NCBI GenBank assembly: GCA_002269645.1
Contig: NIVC01000825.1
Location: 281,695-345,694 of the forward strand
From: Macrostomum lignano
Lineage: Eukaryota
Direction: 5' to 3'
Length of the DNA: 64,000 bases
Part shown: positions 51,401 through 61,974 of the stretch, piece by piece
How the letters are laid out: every line of letters begins with the position of its first letter
Position numbering within the stretch: position 1 is the stretch's first letter
Notes under the pieces: generated by a model
The model's input: only the letters and a program-made list of their open reading frames with translations
Database searches by the model: none
What the model was told of the DNA's origin: nothing
Program-made: the position numbers and the translations under genes

Positions 51401-54113
51401 TTGTCCACCACGGCTGTGCTGGCTGGCAAAGTAAAGTAGGTGCACGCGTCCTGCTGAATCATGCTGCCAGCGTACAGCAGGGCGAAGCCGCAGGCAAACA
51501 GCAGAGCAAAGCACGCGCCCAGCGCGCACATCACGCGGATCATCGGGTTGGTCTTCATCAGCCGCATGCCGCGGTTCATCTTGCGAAGATGGCGCAGCTC
51601 CCGGGCCGACTGGTCCTGCTTCTGCCTGGTCAGGGTTTCCGCGTGATTCTCCACGATGCTGGCGAAGCTCCGCAGCGGCGGCGGCCGCGACTGCTGCTCC
51701 CCGGGCGTCTCTTCGAAGCCTGCCGGGGGACCCTCACCGCCCATCTGGCGACTATTGCTGGCGGCCTCCCAGCGGTTGCGCTGATAGTAGAAGTACACCA
51801 GCAGGATGCTGATGACGGCAACGCAGGCCAGGGTGAGGCAGAAGGCGATCACAATCACCGCCGAGATTATCTGCAGGACAGTGTCACCAGTGTTGAAGGC
51901 GCCGACAAAGGACTCGCTCTGCGTCATGTTGACCATCTCCGAGCCCAGCTGCTCCGCTCCGGACACGGCGCTTTTGAACTGCTTGGAGACCTCGTCGACC
52001 AGCGTGTTAAACAGGTTCGTGATCTCGTCGCCGATAAGGCTCAGGCTGCCTGTGAGCAGCGACTTGGCAGAGTTCACCTGCGGGCGGGTGCGGGGGCCGC
52101 GCTGTCAGGTCTATTGGGCTTCTCTGTTGCCCTCATTTCTTCACGTCTCCTCTCACCTCCTCTCACCTCTTTTCTTCTCCTCTCCTTTCACCCGCTCTCA
52201 CCTCCTCTCATCTCCTCTCTTCTCCTCTCCTCTCCTCTCCTCTCCTCTCCTCCTCCTCTCCTCTCCTCTCCTCTCCTCTCCTCTCCTCTCCTCTCCTCTC
52301 CTCTCCTCTCCTCTCCTCTCCTCTCCTCTCCTCTCAACTCCTCTCCTCCCTCCCCTCCGCTCGCACCTGAGCCTCCACTTCGGTCACATTGAGCTTGAAG
52401 ATCTTGTCCAGCAGAGTCACGATGGTGACGCTGCTATCCGAGTCGATCCGTCGCGAGTCCAAGCCGATGTACAGCAGGCCGATGTACCGGTTGACCCCAT
52501 CGCAGAGAGCCACCGGGACGCCGTTCGTTGGCGACCCGGCGCACACGTCGGCAACTTTAGCGCGAAGATCTTCTCGAGTCCGATTGATCATCGTGGTGAA
52601 GGAGTTCAGCGGGTTGAGCACGCTGTCGCGGGAGCTTTTGATGGCGTTCATGCTGGCTAGAAGGAGCTTCACCAAGTTGAGAAATTTATCGAAACTGTTC
52701 AACAGCGGAGTGAGCAGGAAATCGGCCGACAGCAGGTCGAGATAGCGGTTGGCGATCCGATTCACCAGGTTCAGGATGGAGGGAAAGGCCTCATAGCAGA
52801 CCTGCAGGACGCTGGTGTTGGTGCTGGTCAGGGTGTCCTCGATGAAGGCGTTCAGCTGCGGGGGGAGTTGAAGTATTGAAGCCAATGTAACAGGGTTTGA
52901 GGCTTGTCTAACAGGGTTTGAGGCCTGTCTAACAGGGTTTGAGGCTTGTCTAACAGGGTTTGAGGCCTGTCTAACAGGGTTTGAGGCCTGTCTAACAGGT
53001 TTGAGGCCTGTCTAACAGGGTTTGAGGCTTGTCTAACAGGGTTTGAGGCCTGTCTAACAGGGTTTGAGGCCTGTCTAACAGGGTTTGAGGCTTGTCTAAC
53101 AGGGCTTGAGGCTTGTCTAACAGGGCTTGAGGCCTGTCTAACAGGGTTTGAGGCTTGTCTAACAGGGTTTGAGGCCTGTCTAACAGGGTTTGAGGCTTGA
53201 ACAGGGCTTGAGGCCTGTCTAACAGGGTTTGAGGCCTGTCTAACAGGGCTTGAGGACTGTCTAACAGGGTTTGAGGTCTGTCTAACAGGGTGTGAGGCCT
53301 GTCTATCAGGGTTTGAGGCTTGTCTAACAGGGTTTGAGGCCTGTCTAACAGTATTTTATCGATCTAACGGGGATGCATCCCTATCTGACAGATTTGATAT
53401 TTGTCAAACAGGTGAGCAGTCTGTCCGTCTGTCTGTGTTTTTGAGATCGCTAATCCCAAGCAAGATCATGAATGTTACCAACAGACCTGCTGCACTGCAG
53501 AGTTAATGGCTACGGCGACACTGCCGCGACCGCCGCCTCTGTCCGAGGCCTTCTGCTGCCTCTGGAACAGCCTGCCGAACCCGTAGCCGCCGCTGTAGTT
53601 CCAGTAGACGCCCAGAGTCGCCGTGCAGACGGCGAATACCGCAACCAGCAGCCCCAGCCGCAGGGCCATCAGCTTCTCCCGACGTCGGCGCCGCCACCAA
53701 CGGCTGGACTTTGCCGCGGACAGGGCCAGAGAGTCCGACGAAGGCGTCGGCGAAGGATTGCTGACGGCGTACTGGTCGGCTGGTGGCGGCAGCCGTTTGC
53801 CGTGTCTGTTCGGCGAGCACGGCAGCCGGCGCTGCCAGGTGGCGAGCACTGCGATGCAGACCAGAGCGATCAGGGTGATCAGCATCCAGACAGCCGCGCC
53901 AACAAACTGCGGGATCTGCGCCGCCGCCCGGCCGAAGTACCAGTCGGCCAGGGCGACGCCGACAGACGGCCCCGCGGTCGATCCTGTCTGACTGTCGCTG
54001 CCGCCGAACCAGCCGCGGGAGTATCGTGAGCAGCACCGAGCCGTAGCTGATCAGCGGGTGAACACTCCGCCGTCCTGCTTGGGGACGAACAGTCGTTGAA
54101 GATCATCCACCAT
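48490..54113 (-). CDS. Divergent prominin-like 5-TM protein. Exons 53487-54113, 52367-52855, 51162-52077, 49412-49884, 48490-48840 (~950 codons)
   Basis: Five hydrophobic segments in a 2+2+1 layout with two large helical ecto-loops. Prominin-like Cys motifs MIQQDACTYF, LGVLLRDCKNSSATIFQIYNL and RIGRCSGL...TECSG..PYGGFY. Exon phases match; one GC-AG intron; in-frame TGA at 54051-54053 as assembled. Confidence 0.75.
48990..49378. repeat. 21-bp minisatellite (GTGTCCACTCTGAAGACATAG) in the last prominin intron
   Basis: Read directly. Confidence 0.92.
49918..51140. repeat. Complex CTCTGCTCAGCTA-based repeat (14-20-bp variants) filling the GC-AG intron
   Basis: Read directly. Confidence 0.93.
52140..52355. 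repeat. (CTCTC)n / CT-rich tract, intronic
   Basis: Read directly. Confidence 0.9.
52888..53350. repeat. 21-bp minisatellite (CTGTCTAACAGGGTTTGAGGC) in prominin intron 1
   Basis: Period 21 (52911, 52932). Confidence 0.95.
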
Positions 54114-54719
54114 GCTCGCCCAGCCACAGAGCTTAACCGCTGTTTCTTCGCAACTGACCCTGCTAGCCTATGAGTCTCCCTTTTATTCGTCATTATTCTT
54201 CTTGGCCAACATAGGATAGTAGGGGGTCCATCATTGTTCCCTCCCTTTCTGTCTCACTCTCTTCTCTCAACTCGAGTTCGTCGCGTCTTCTCTTCACTGT
54301 GCAAGCGGTGCGAGAGGGCAGGCTCTGACAATAATACGCCTCTCTATCTACATGTAACCCCCGAGATGATTCAGGGGCTTTAATGAAATTAGTATATAGC
54401 ACAGACAGGGCTGTTTGCTGCGCATCACGGCCCACACCGCGTATTATTTGTGCGCAGAGCTGTTTAATAAACTTTTTATGACAATGCCGAATAAAAAACT
54501 CGCGAGCTTTTTTATTGCACCACTAAATGAGTCGAGTTGTTTGGAAAAAGAAACAAAATAAATTTAGCAATGACTAATTTAGCTGCTGATTTGGCTACTG
54601 CGCCTCATGGCAGCTCAACTGCTTCTTGCTTTCTAGAATTGGCATTTTGTGCGCCTCTGCTTCTGGGATGGCTGCGCTTTGCACTGAATGCACATTTGAT
54701 CTCGCAGGAGCAGTGATGG

Positions 54720-55480
54720 CGCCACTTCCACTTCTCTAACACCCTGCATGGCGCCATGCACTTCTCTAACACTCTGTATGGCGCCACTTCTCTAAAACCC
54801 GGTATGGCGCCACTTCTCTAAAACCCTGTATGGCGCCATGCACTTCTTTAACACTCTGTATGGCGCCACTTCTCTAAAACCCTGTATGGCACCACTTCTC
54901 TAACAGCCTGTATGGCGTCATGCACTTCTCTAACACGTCCCCTGTATGCCGACACTTCTCTAACACCCTGTATGGCGCCTGGCACTTCTCTAACACCCTG
55001 TATGCCGACACTTCTCTAACACCCTGCATGGCGCCATGCACTTCTCTAACACTCTGTATGGCGCCACTTCTCTAAAACCCTGTATGGCACCACTTCTCTA
55101 ACAGCCTGTATGGCGTCATGCACTTCTCTAACAGCCTGTATGGCGTCATGCACTTCTCTAACACGTCCCCTGTATGCCGACACTTCTCTAACACCCTGTA
55201 TGGCGCCTGGCACTTCTCTAACACCCTGTATGCCGACACTTCTCTAACACCCTGCATGGCGCCATGCACTTCTCTAACACTCTGTATGGCGCCACTTCTC
55301 TAAAACCCTGTATGGCGCCACTTCTCTAAAACCCTATATGGCACCACTTCTCTAACACCCTGCATGGCGCCTGGCACTTCTCTAACACCCTGTATGGCGC
55401 CTGGCACTTCTCTAACACCCTGTATGCCGACACTTCTCTAACACCCTGTATGGCGCCATGCACTTCTCTAACACCCTGGA
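54720..55480. repeat. Variable ~26-33-bp repeat (CACTTCTCTAACACCCTGTATGGCGC)
   Basis: Read directly; lies upstream of the prominin ATG. Confidence 0.9.
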
Positions 55481-55988
55481 TAACGCCAAATCTACTGCAT
55501 GTACCATGTATACACAAAGCTATTTACAATATATCAGCTACATGTACATGCACGGGGCCACATCTACCGTCTTCATACGTAGTGCCGCATCTATCAAATC
55601 TACATGTATAGGTCCGCAGTTGAACTCAAGCAGCGAGTTGTATGGTAACAGCACTGCACATGCACCGGATCCCTCGAACACAACTAAAAGAAATCTACAA
55701 TTTAATTAAATTTTCTGTAATTTAGATGCACTTGAGGCCTCGTTATGGTTTAGTTATGAGTACATCAAGCTAGCTAAACATCTAGATCATCTCACCCAGA
55801 CTTTCGCACGGTTTTAAAGCTAGATTTAATTAAATTTTCGAGAGTTTACATTAGACTGGCCGTGAGTGCGTCAGTGCACACAAGTTAATGCAGCTCGCTG
55901 CTGCAGAGACCTCTACATGTATATTATAATGAGGCTAAACATGTTAACATTTTTCGTTGTATCGAGAGATGCCAACTTGGGTCAATCA

Positions 55989-55991
<3 letters not shown>

Positions 55992-56062
<71 letters not shown>
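55992..56062. repeat. (CT)n microsatellite
   Basis: Read directly. Confidence 0.95.
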
Positions 56063-56068
<6 letters not shown>

Positions 56069-56295
56069 GTCTGTGGGATTGCCGGCCCCGCTCTTAAACA
56101 CACGCAGTGCTCAGCGGAGGGGCACTATAGGGAACAGGCACCGCCTTTGGCGCAATTTCCGGCCTGCGAAACTGAGTTGTAAATAAATATTTGACTTGGG
56201 CGAAATGAACTCTGCTGTGGTAAAAACTCTGAGCTGTGCTCAAATTCTGTTATAATGCTGAGCGAACTTATTCAGACTGAATGATACCCTGGTTC

Positions 56296-56459
56296 TCTGT
56301 CTGTCTGTCTGCCTGTCTGTCTGTCTGTCTGTCTGCCGTCTATCCGTCTGTCTGTCTGTCTGTCTGCCTGCCTGTCTGTCTGTCTGTCTGCCTGTCTGTC
56401 TGCCTGTCTGCCGTCTATCCGTCTGTCTGTCTGTCTGTCTGTCTGTCTGCCGTCTATCC

Positions 56460-56491
<32 letters not shown>

Positions 56492-56537
56492 GCCGTCTAT
56501 CCGTCTGTCTGTCTGTCTGTCTGTCTGCCGTCTATCC

Positions 56538-56577
<40 letters not shown>

Positions 56578-56618
56578 GCCTGCCTGTCTGTCTGTCTGTC
56601 TGTCTGCCGTCTATCCGT

Positions 56619-56649
<31 letters not shown>

Positions 56650-56651
56650 CC

Positions 56652-56696
<45 letters not shown>

Positions 56697-56731
56697 GCCT
56701 GCCTGTCTGTCTGTCTGTCTGCCGTCTATCC

Positions 56732-56775
<44 letters not shown>

Positions 56776-56924
56776 GCCTGCCTGTCTGTCTGTCTGTCTG
56801 CCTGTCTGCCGTCTATCCGTCTGTCTGTCTGTCTGTCTGTCTGCCGTCTATCCGTCTGTCTGTCTGTCTGTCTGTCTGTCTGCCGTCTATCCGTCTGTCT
56901 GTCTGTCTGTCTGTCTGCCGTCTA

Positions 56925-56990
<66 letters not shown>

Positions 56991-57006
56991 CGTCTGTCTG
57001 TCTGTC
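56296..57006. repeat. (GTCT)n microsatellite with recurring CTGCCGTCTATCC interruptions
   Basis: Read directly. Confidence 0.95.
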
Positions 57007-57641
57007 TCCCCGACTGTCATGAAGCAGCGCCCACTTCAATCAATGTCTGTAGTCTGGAAAAGAATTAGCTGATAGAAGAAATCATTAAACAATGCAACTG
57101 TTTGGAAGGCGCCACACATGCAAACGACTTGAGACAGGGGACAGCGTGAAGTTATTATTATAAATTTTAAACTTGAAACATTAATAAAAACAGAAACACA
57201 ACGGCCCAGAACAATAATTAGAAAATATGAATGACGAAATTTAGCCAAACTTCGATGGACAGAAAAAATCGACAGAGGTTTGCTAGTATTACTAACAGTA
57301 ATATAGAAATAGTAAGACTTTTTAAATTTAGGAATAAAAAACCTGTCATACAATTGACGCTACTATTAGTAAGATAGTATTAAAAAACTGAGTGTAGATG
57401 ACTGACAGAAGACCGTGAAGTTAAATATGCGCGAAAAATAGTTAATAATAAAATGTATTTACGACAAACCGGTGGAATTTCTGGTTACGTCATCCCAGTG
57501 TTTTCCAGTATTTATTATTTTTTAAAAATGCACGGCAGGATTTCACTATCGATAGGGAGAAAATGCGGAGTGTTTTGTTATATTTGATAAAAAAATAATT
57601 GGCTGTTAAAATTTTCGCTTAATTTTTTGATAGCCAGCCAG

Positions 57642-59248
57642 CTAAACAGCCGGCGCCACGGCCGCCTCCTCCTGCTGGTCCATCGGCTCCACCTCCTTGG
57701 CGGTGTCTCCGCCATTCTCAGCGGGCCGACTCCGTTGACTTCGCCGGATCCGACGAGGGTTCGACGCCGCTTGTTGGGCGACGCTCCGGTCACCTTGCCG
57801 GAGCCGTTCACCTCCGCGGCGGCGGTGGCGGCGGCGGGGCGCCATTCGAAGCCGCGTCATCCTTGGCGCTGGCGTCGCTGCTAGCGACCTCGGCGGCCAG
57901 CTCGGTGGCGGGCGTCGGCGCTGGTCGCTTCTTGCGCACCAGCCCGGAGATGTCGTTGACATTGGCGGAGGACTGGGCAGCGGCGGCGGTGGCGTCGGTG
58001 GAGACGGCACCGATGGCGGCGGCGGCGTCAGCGAAGGCACCGGCGATGCTGGCGGCACCGGACCGGAGCTGCTGCTTGGCGGCTTCAAAATCCAGCCGCT
58101 CCTCGTCAACCTCCGACATTCGCTGGCGCAGTTCGCTGATCAGCTCGTCAAGTTCGCGACGCTCAGCCGCTGTCGCTTCGGCGTCGCCTTCAGCGGCCTC
58201 CAGCTGGGCGGCCCTGGCGGCCAACTGGGCGGCACTGTCGTCGAAGGCGCGCTTTGCCTCGGAGAATTTCTTGCCAGCCAGACAGGCCACGGCCAGCTGG
58301 AACTGCGCCGTTGCCAGCCGCCTGTCGCCTTTGTCAACCCGCACCGAGTCGGTGTACACCTTCACCGCGGCCAGGAAGTCCTCCTCGGCCTGCGCCCAGT
58401 CCTCCTTCTCCATGCCCACCTCGGCCAGGCACATGTGGCAGTCGGCCACGCGGGCCCAGTCCTGCCGCCTCTCGAACACATTGCGGGCCACCTCCAGCAC
58501 CTCCCAGGCGATCTGCAGGTTGCCAACTTCCTCCTCTTCCTCATCCTCCTCCTCCTCCTCTTCGTCGCCTTCTTCGCCCTCCTCGCCCGTCTGCCTCGCC
58601 TTCGCCGTCGGCTTCCTCGCCTTCCGCCGCTGTTTCGGCCTCCTTGTTGTCGTCGGCCTTGCCAGCCTCCGGCTCGACCGTCTCTGCCGGCTTCTGCTTC
58701 TCCTCTTTGTCCTCTCCAGCGTCCTTCTCCTCGGCCACCTTCGCCTCCTCGCCGTCGCCATCAGTCATCGCGTCGATGACCTGCTCGGAGATTTTCTCCT
58801 TCTCCTCCTCGGTTAGCGAGTCTTTTTCAATCATCGCATCGGCTTCTTTTTCTTCCTCATCAATCTGTGATGTCTTTTTTGCCTCATCACCGTCTGTCTT
58901 GGCCTCCTCGGCCGGTACGCCTTCGAGGGCTCCGCCGAGAACGTCGGCCTCCATCCTGGCCACCTCCAGCAGGGCGCGGCCGTACAGCAGGTAGGGCTCG
59001 GCAATCTCGTCAGCCAGATCGCCGTGCTTAGCGGCCAGGGCTTCGCAGGCCCGCTGCAGCTGACTGACAGCTTTGACATATTCGCCGCAGTAATAGTCCC
59101 GCTTGCCCTGGCCTAGCAGGGCCTCGATTGACTCGGCGTCCATCGGCTGCTCAGCGGCTGCGGCCGGCTCTTGCTGACTACTGTCAGTAGCAGCAGCAGT
59201 AGTAGTAACAGTAGTCTCCTGCTCAGCAGTAGTCTCAGCGGCTGTCAT
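57642..59248 (-). CDS. NASP: NASP/Sim3-family histone chaperone (SHNi-TPR), intronless CDS; three frameshifts as assembled (~58587, ~57830, ~57725)
   Basis: AEPYLLYGRALLEVARMEADVLG, an acidic insertion, NLQIAWEVLEVARNVF, ADCHMCLAEVGME, NVNDISGLVRKKR, NLS-like PNKRRR. The span is 1607 nt, 1 short of a whole number of codons. Confidence 0.9.
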
Positions 59249-59657
59249 GATCAGAGTAGTCTGTTATTAAAATTATGATTTATTATGATTATGCTGATGT
59301 GTCTCGGGCCGGCGCACTGGGCTGAAACAGAGAATAATTCGATTGCAAGTATAAGAACAGAAGATACTGTTGAATACTACTGTAAGTAAAGTTAATCAAA
59401 GAAAAAACAAATTTCATTAAAATAAAATCGTTCCACCTCAATAAGCCTCTTGCCAATTCTTTACTTTATTGATCCAATCCTACTACTGACCCAACATTGC
59501 AGACAAGAAAAATGCAAGGCGGGCCGGACTGGGAGCTCAGAAAGTTGGTTTAAAGAAAATAATATTCAGGATAAAAGATAGCGGAATTGAATTAAATCAA
59601 ATTCAGGTTTTCGGGTTGCCAGGCAAAGTTTTGAAAACTGCTGATGCTGATGCAATT

Positions 59658-60855
59658 TTTTTATTTCTGAGGGGGAATTCAGTTTGGACTGTTCTGTTTC
59701 TGAGGGGGGAATTCAGTTTGGACTGTTCTGTTTCTGAGGGGGAATTCCGTTTGGACTGTTCTGTTTCTGAGGGGGGAATTCCGTTTGGACTGTTCTGTTT
59801 CTGAGGGGGAATTCCGTTTGGACTGTTCTGTTTCTGAGGGGGGAATTCCGTTTGGACTGTTCTGTTTCTGAGGGGGATTCGTTTGGACTGTTCTGTTTCT
59901 GAGGGGGGAATTCCGTTTGGACTGTTCTGTTTCTGAGGGGGAATTCCGTTTGGACTGTTCTGTTTCTGAGGGGGATTCCGTTTGGACTGTTCTGTTTCTG
60001 AGGGGGAATTCCGTTTGGACTGTTCTGTTTCTGAGGGGGAATTCCGTTTGGACTGTTCTGTTTCTGAGGGGGGAATTCCGTTTGGACTGTTCTGTTTCTG
60101 AGGGGGATTCCGTTTGGACTGTTCTGTTTCTGAGGGGGGATTCCGTTTGGACTGTTCTGTTTCTGAGGGGGGAATTCCGTTTGGACTGTTCTGTTTCTGA
60201 GGGGATTCCGTTTGGACTGTTCTGTTTCTGAGGGGGAATTCCGTTTGGACTGTTCTGTTTCTGAGGGGGAATTCCGTTTGGACTGTTCTGTTTCTGAGGG
60301 GGAATTCCGTTTGGACTGTTCTGTTTCTGAGGGGGGAATTCCGTTTGGACTGTTCTGTTTCTGAGAGGGGGATTCCGTTTGGACTGTTCTCTTGTTTCTG
60401 AGGGGGGATTCCGTTTGGACTGTTCTGTTTCTGAGGGGGAATTCCGTTTGGACTGTTCTGTTTCTGAGGGGGGAATTCCGTTTGGACTGTTCTGCTTCTG
60501 AGGGGGAATTCCGTTTGGACTGTTCTGTTTCTGAGGGGGGAATTCCGTTTGGACTGTTCTGTTTCTGAGGGGGAATTCCGTTTGGACTGTTCTGTTTCTG
60601 AGGGGGAATTCCGTTTGGACTGTTCTGTTTCTGAGGGGGAATTCCGTTTGGACTGTTCTGTTTCTGAGGGGGGAATTCCGTTTGGACTGTTCTGTTTCTG
60701 AGGGGGGAATTCCGTTTGGACTGTTCTGTTTCTGAGGGGGAATTCCGTTTGGACTGTTCTGTTTCTGAGGGGGGAATTCCGTTTGGACTGTTCTGTTTCT
60801 GAGGGGGGAATTCCGGTTGGACTGTTCTGTTTCTGAGGGGGGAATTCCGTTTGGA
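59658..60855. repeat. ~33-bp minisatellite (GAGGGGGAATTCCGTTTGGACTGTTCTGTTTCT), ~36 copies, between the ZPR1 stop and the NASP start
   Basis: Read directly; G-run length varies between units. Confidence 0.96.
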
Positions 60856-60977
60856 TATTGCCACCCTTATGTGTGCGCACAGACATCTGCAAATTTCAAA
60901 ATCAAAACGAAAAGAAACGGTGACAGTAGGCAGCGAGGCGAACAGAGAAAAAAAACCAGATAGGCCAACAAAGCAGT

Positions 60978-61809
60978 TCAGCTATTCGGCTCTGCGTAGT
61001 TCTCGGTCTTCATGTCGGTCAGTCCGAGGCTCTCGTTCTGCTCCTCTGACCGGTCGTATTTCTGGCACTGCAGCTGCGGATCCGGGTCGGGGGCGCACAG
61101 ATTCTGCACGTAGGAATTGCCAGCCGGATCGTCCAAGATGAGGCGGAATCGAGGCTGGCGGGTTGCGTCCGGCTCTTCGACGACGGTTGCCAGAGCGGTG
61201 ATGCGAGCGAGAAATTCGCCAAATCGAGGCGTCTCGGTGGCGTCGCCGAGCAGGCAGGGATTCGTCTCGGCCAGGCTGTCGCTGGGCGGGGGGAGGAGCA
61301 TAGCAACTGGTTTAGTAAGGTTGCGGTAAGGCTGTGTTCCTAAGGCAGTCCTGCCAATCTCCGCTCACTTATGATTCAGGGATTCAGGGATGAGAGCAGG
61401 GAGGTGATGCATGGATGCAGTAAGGGTGATGTAGGGAGGGGGATTCAGGGAGGGTAATGCAGGAAAAGTGATGCAGGGCAGTTCCTTACCGACATGGCCA
61501 GCAGGAGCCCCTCCACGGTGTGTGAATTTGCCGCCCAGACTGCCCTGCTCAGTCTCGAACTCGAGCTCGGGAATGCAGATCATACAGTGAGTCGGACACG
61601 AGCACGTCGCGAGACAGATCGAAGGGCTCCTGGACGGCGAGTTCAAGCCGGACGCCCTGGGGTTCGATTCCGCCGCCGCATTTGACGCTGCTGTCCTTGT
61701 GACGCAGGCTTCGCATGTGGTTGCCATGACGACGACCTCTTTGAAGTAGGGCACGCGGACGAGCTTCATGCGCGGACTCGGTTGGCTGGGAGCAGTTGGG
61801 GCAGTTTAC
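60978..61809 (-). CDS. ZPR1: Zinc finger protein ZPR1, 3' part. Exons ~61490-61809 and 60978-61281; several frameshifts in the penultimate exon
   Basis: VNCPNC, MKLVRVPYFKEVVVMATTCEAC, IPELEFE...LGGKFT, NPCLLGD, LILDDPAGNSYVQN, YDRSEEQNESLGLTDMKTENY. Confidence 0.92.
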
Positions 61810-61974
61810 CTGGGAAGACGGTAAGGTTTCGTTGCTTGCTCGTTTTAGACTACGATGAAGAACAGATTAGTAGTTTACAGATTAACAGATTAACAGCTTT
61901 TTAATGCGATACTACCTTTAACCACAACTAATGTACTTTAATTCTTGTTAAATTGGCTTACACCTCACCAATAT

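Noticed and set aside
51046-52660. 448-aa and 284-aa + strand ORFs
   Set aside because: Antisense shadows of GC-rich prominin exons plus repeat sequence.
54051-54053. Selenocysteine interpretation of the prominin TGA
   Set aside because: Prominins are not known selenoproteins, no SECIS was identified, and a compensating frameshift explains it better.
57863-58994. 317-aa and 246-aa + strand ORFs
   Set aside because: Antisense to NASP; no independent family signal.
59603-60892. 429-aa ORF of SETEQSKRNSP repeats
   Set aside because: Translation of the 33-bp array, with frame changes following G-run length variation.
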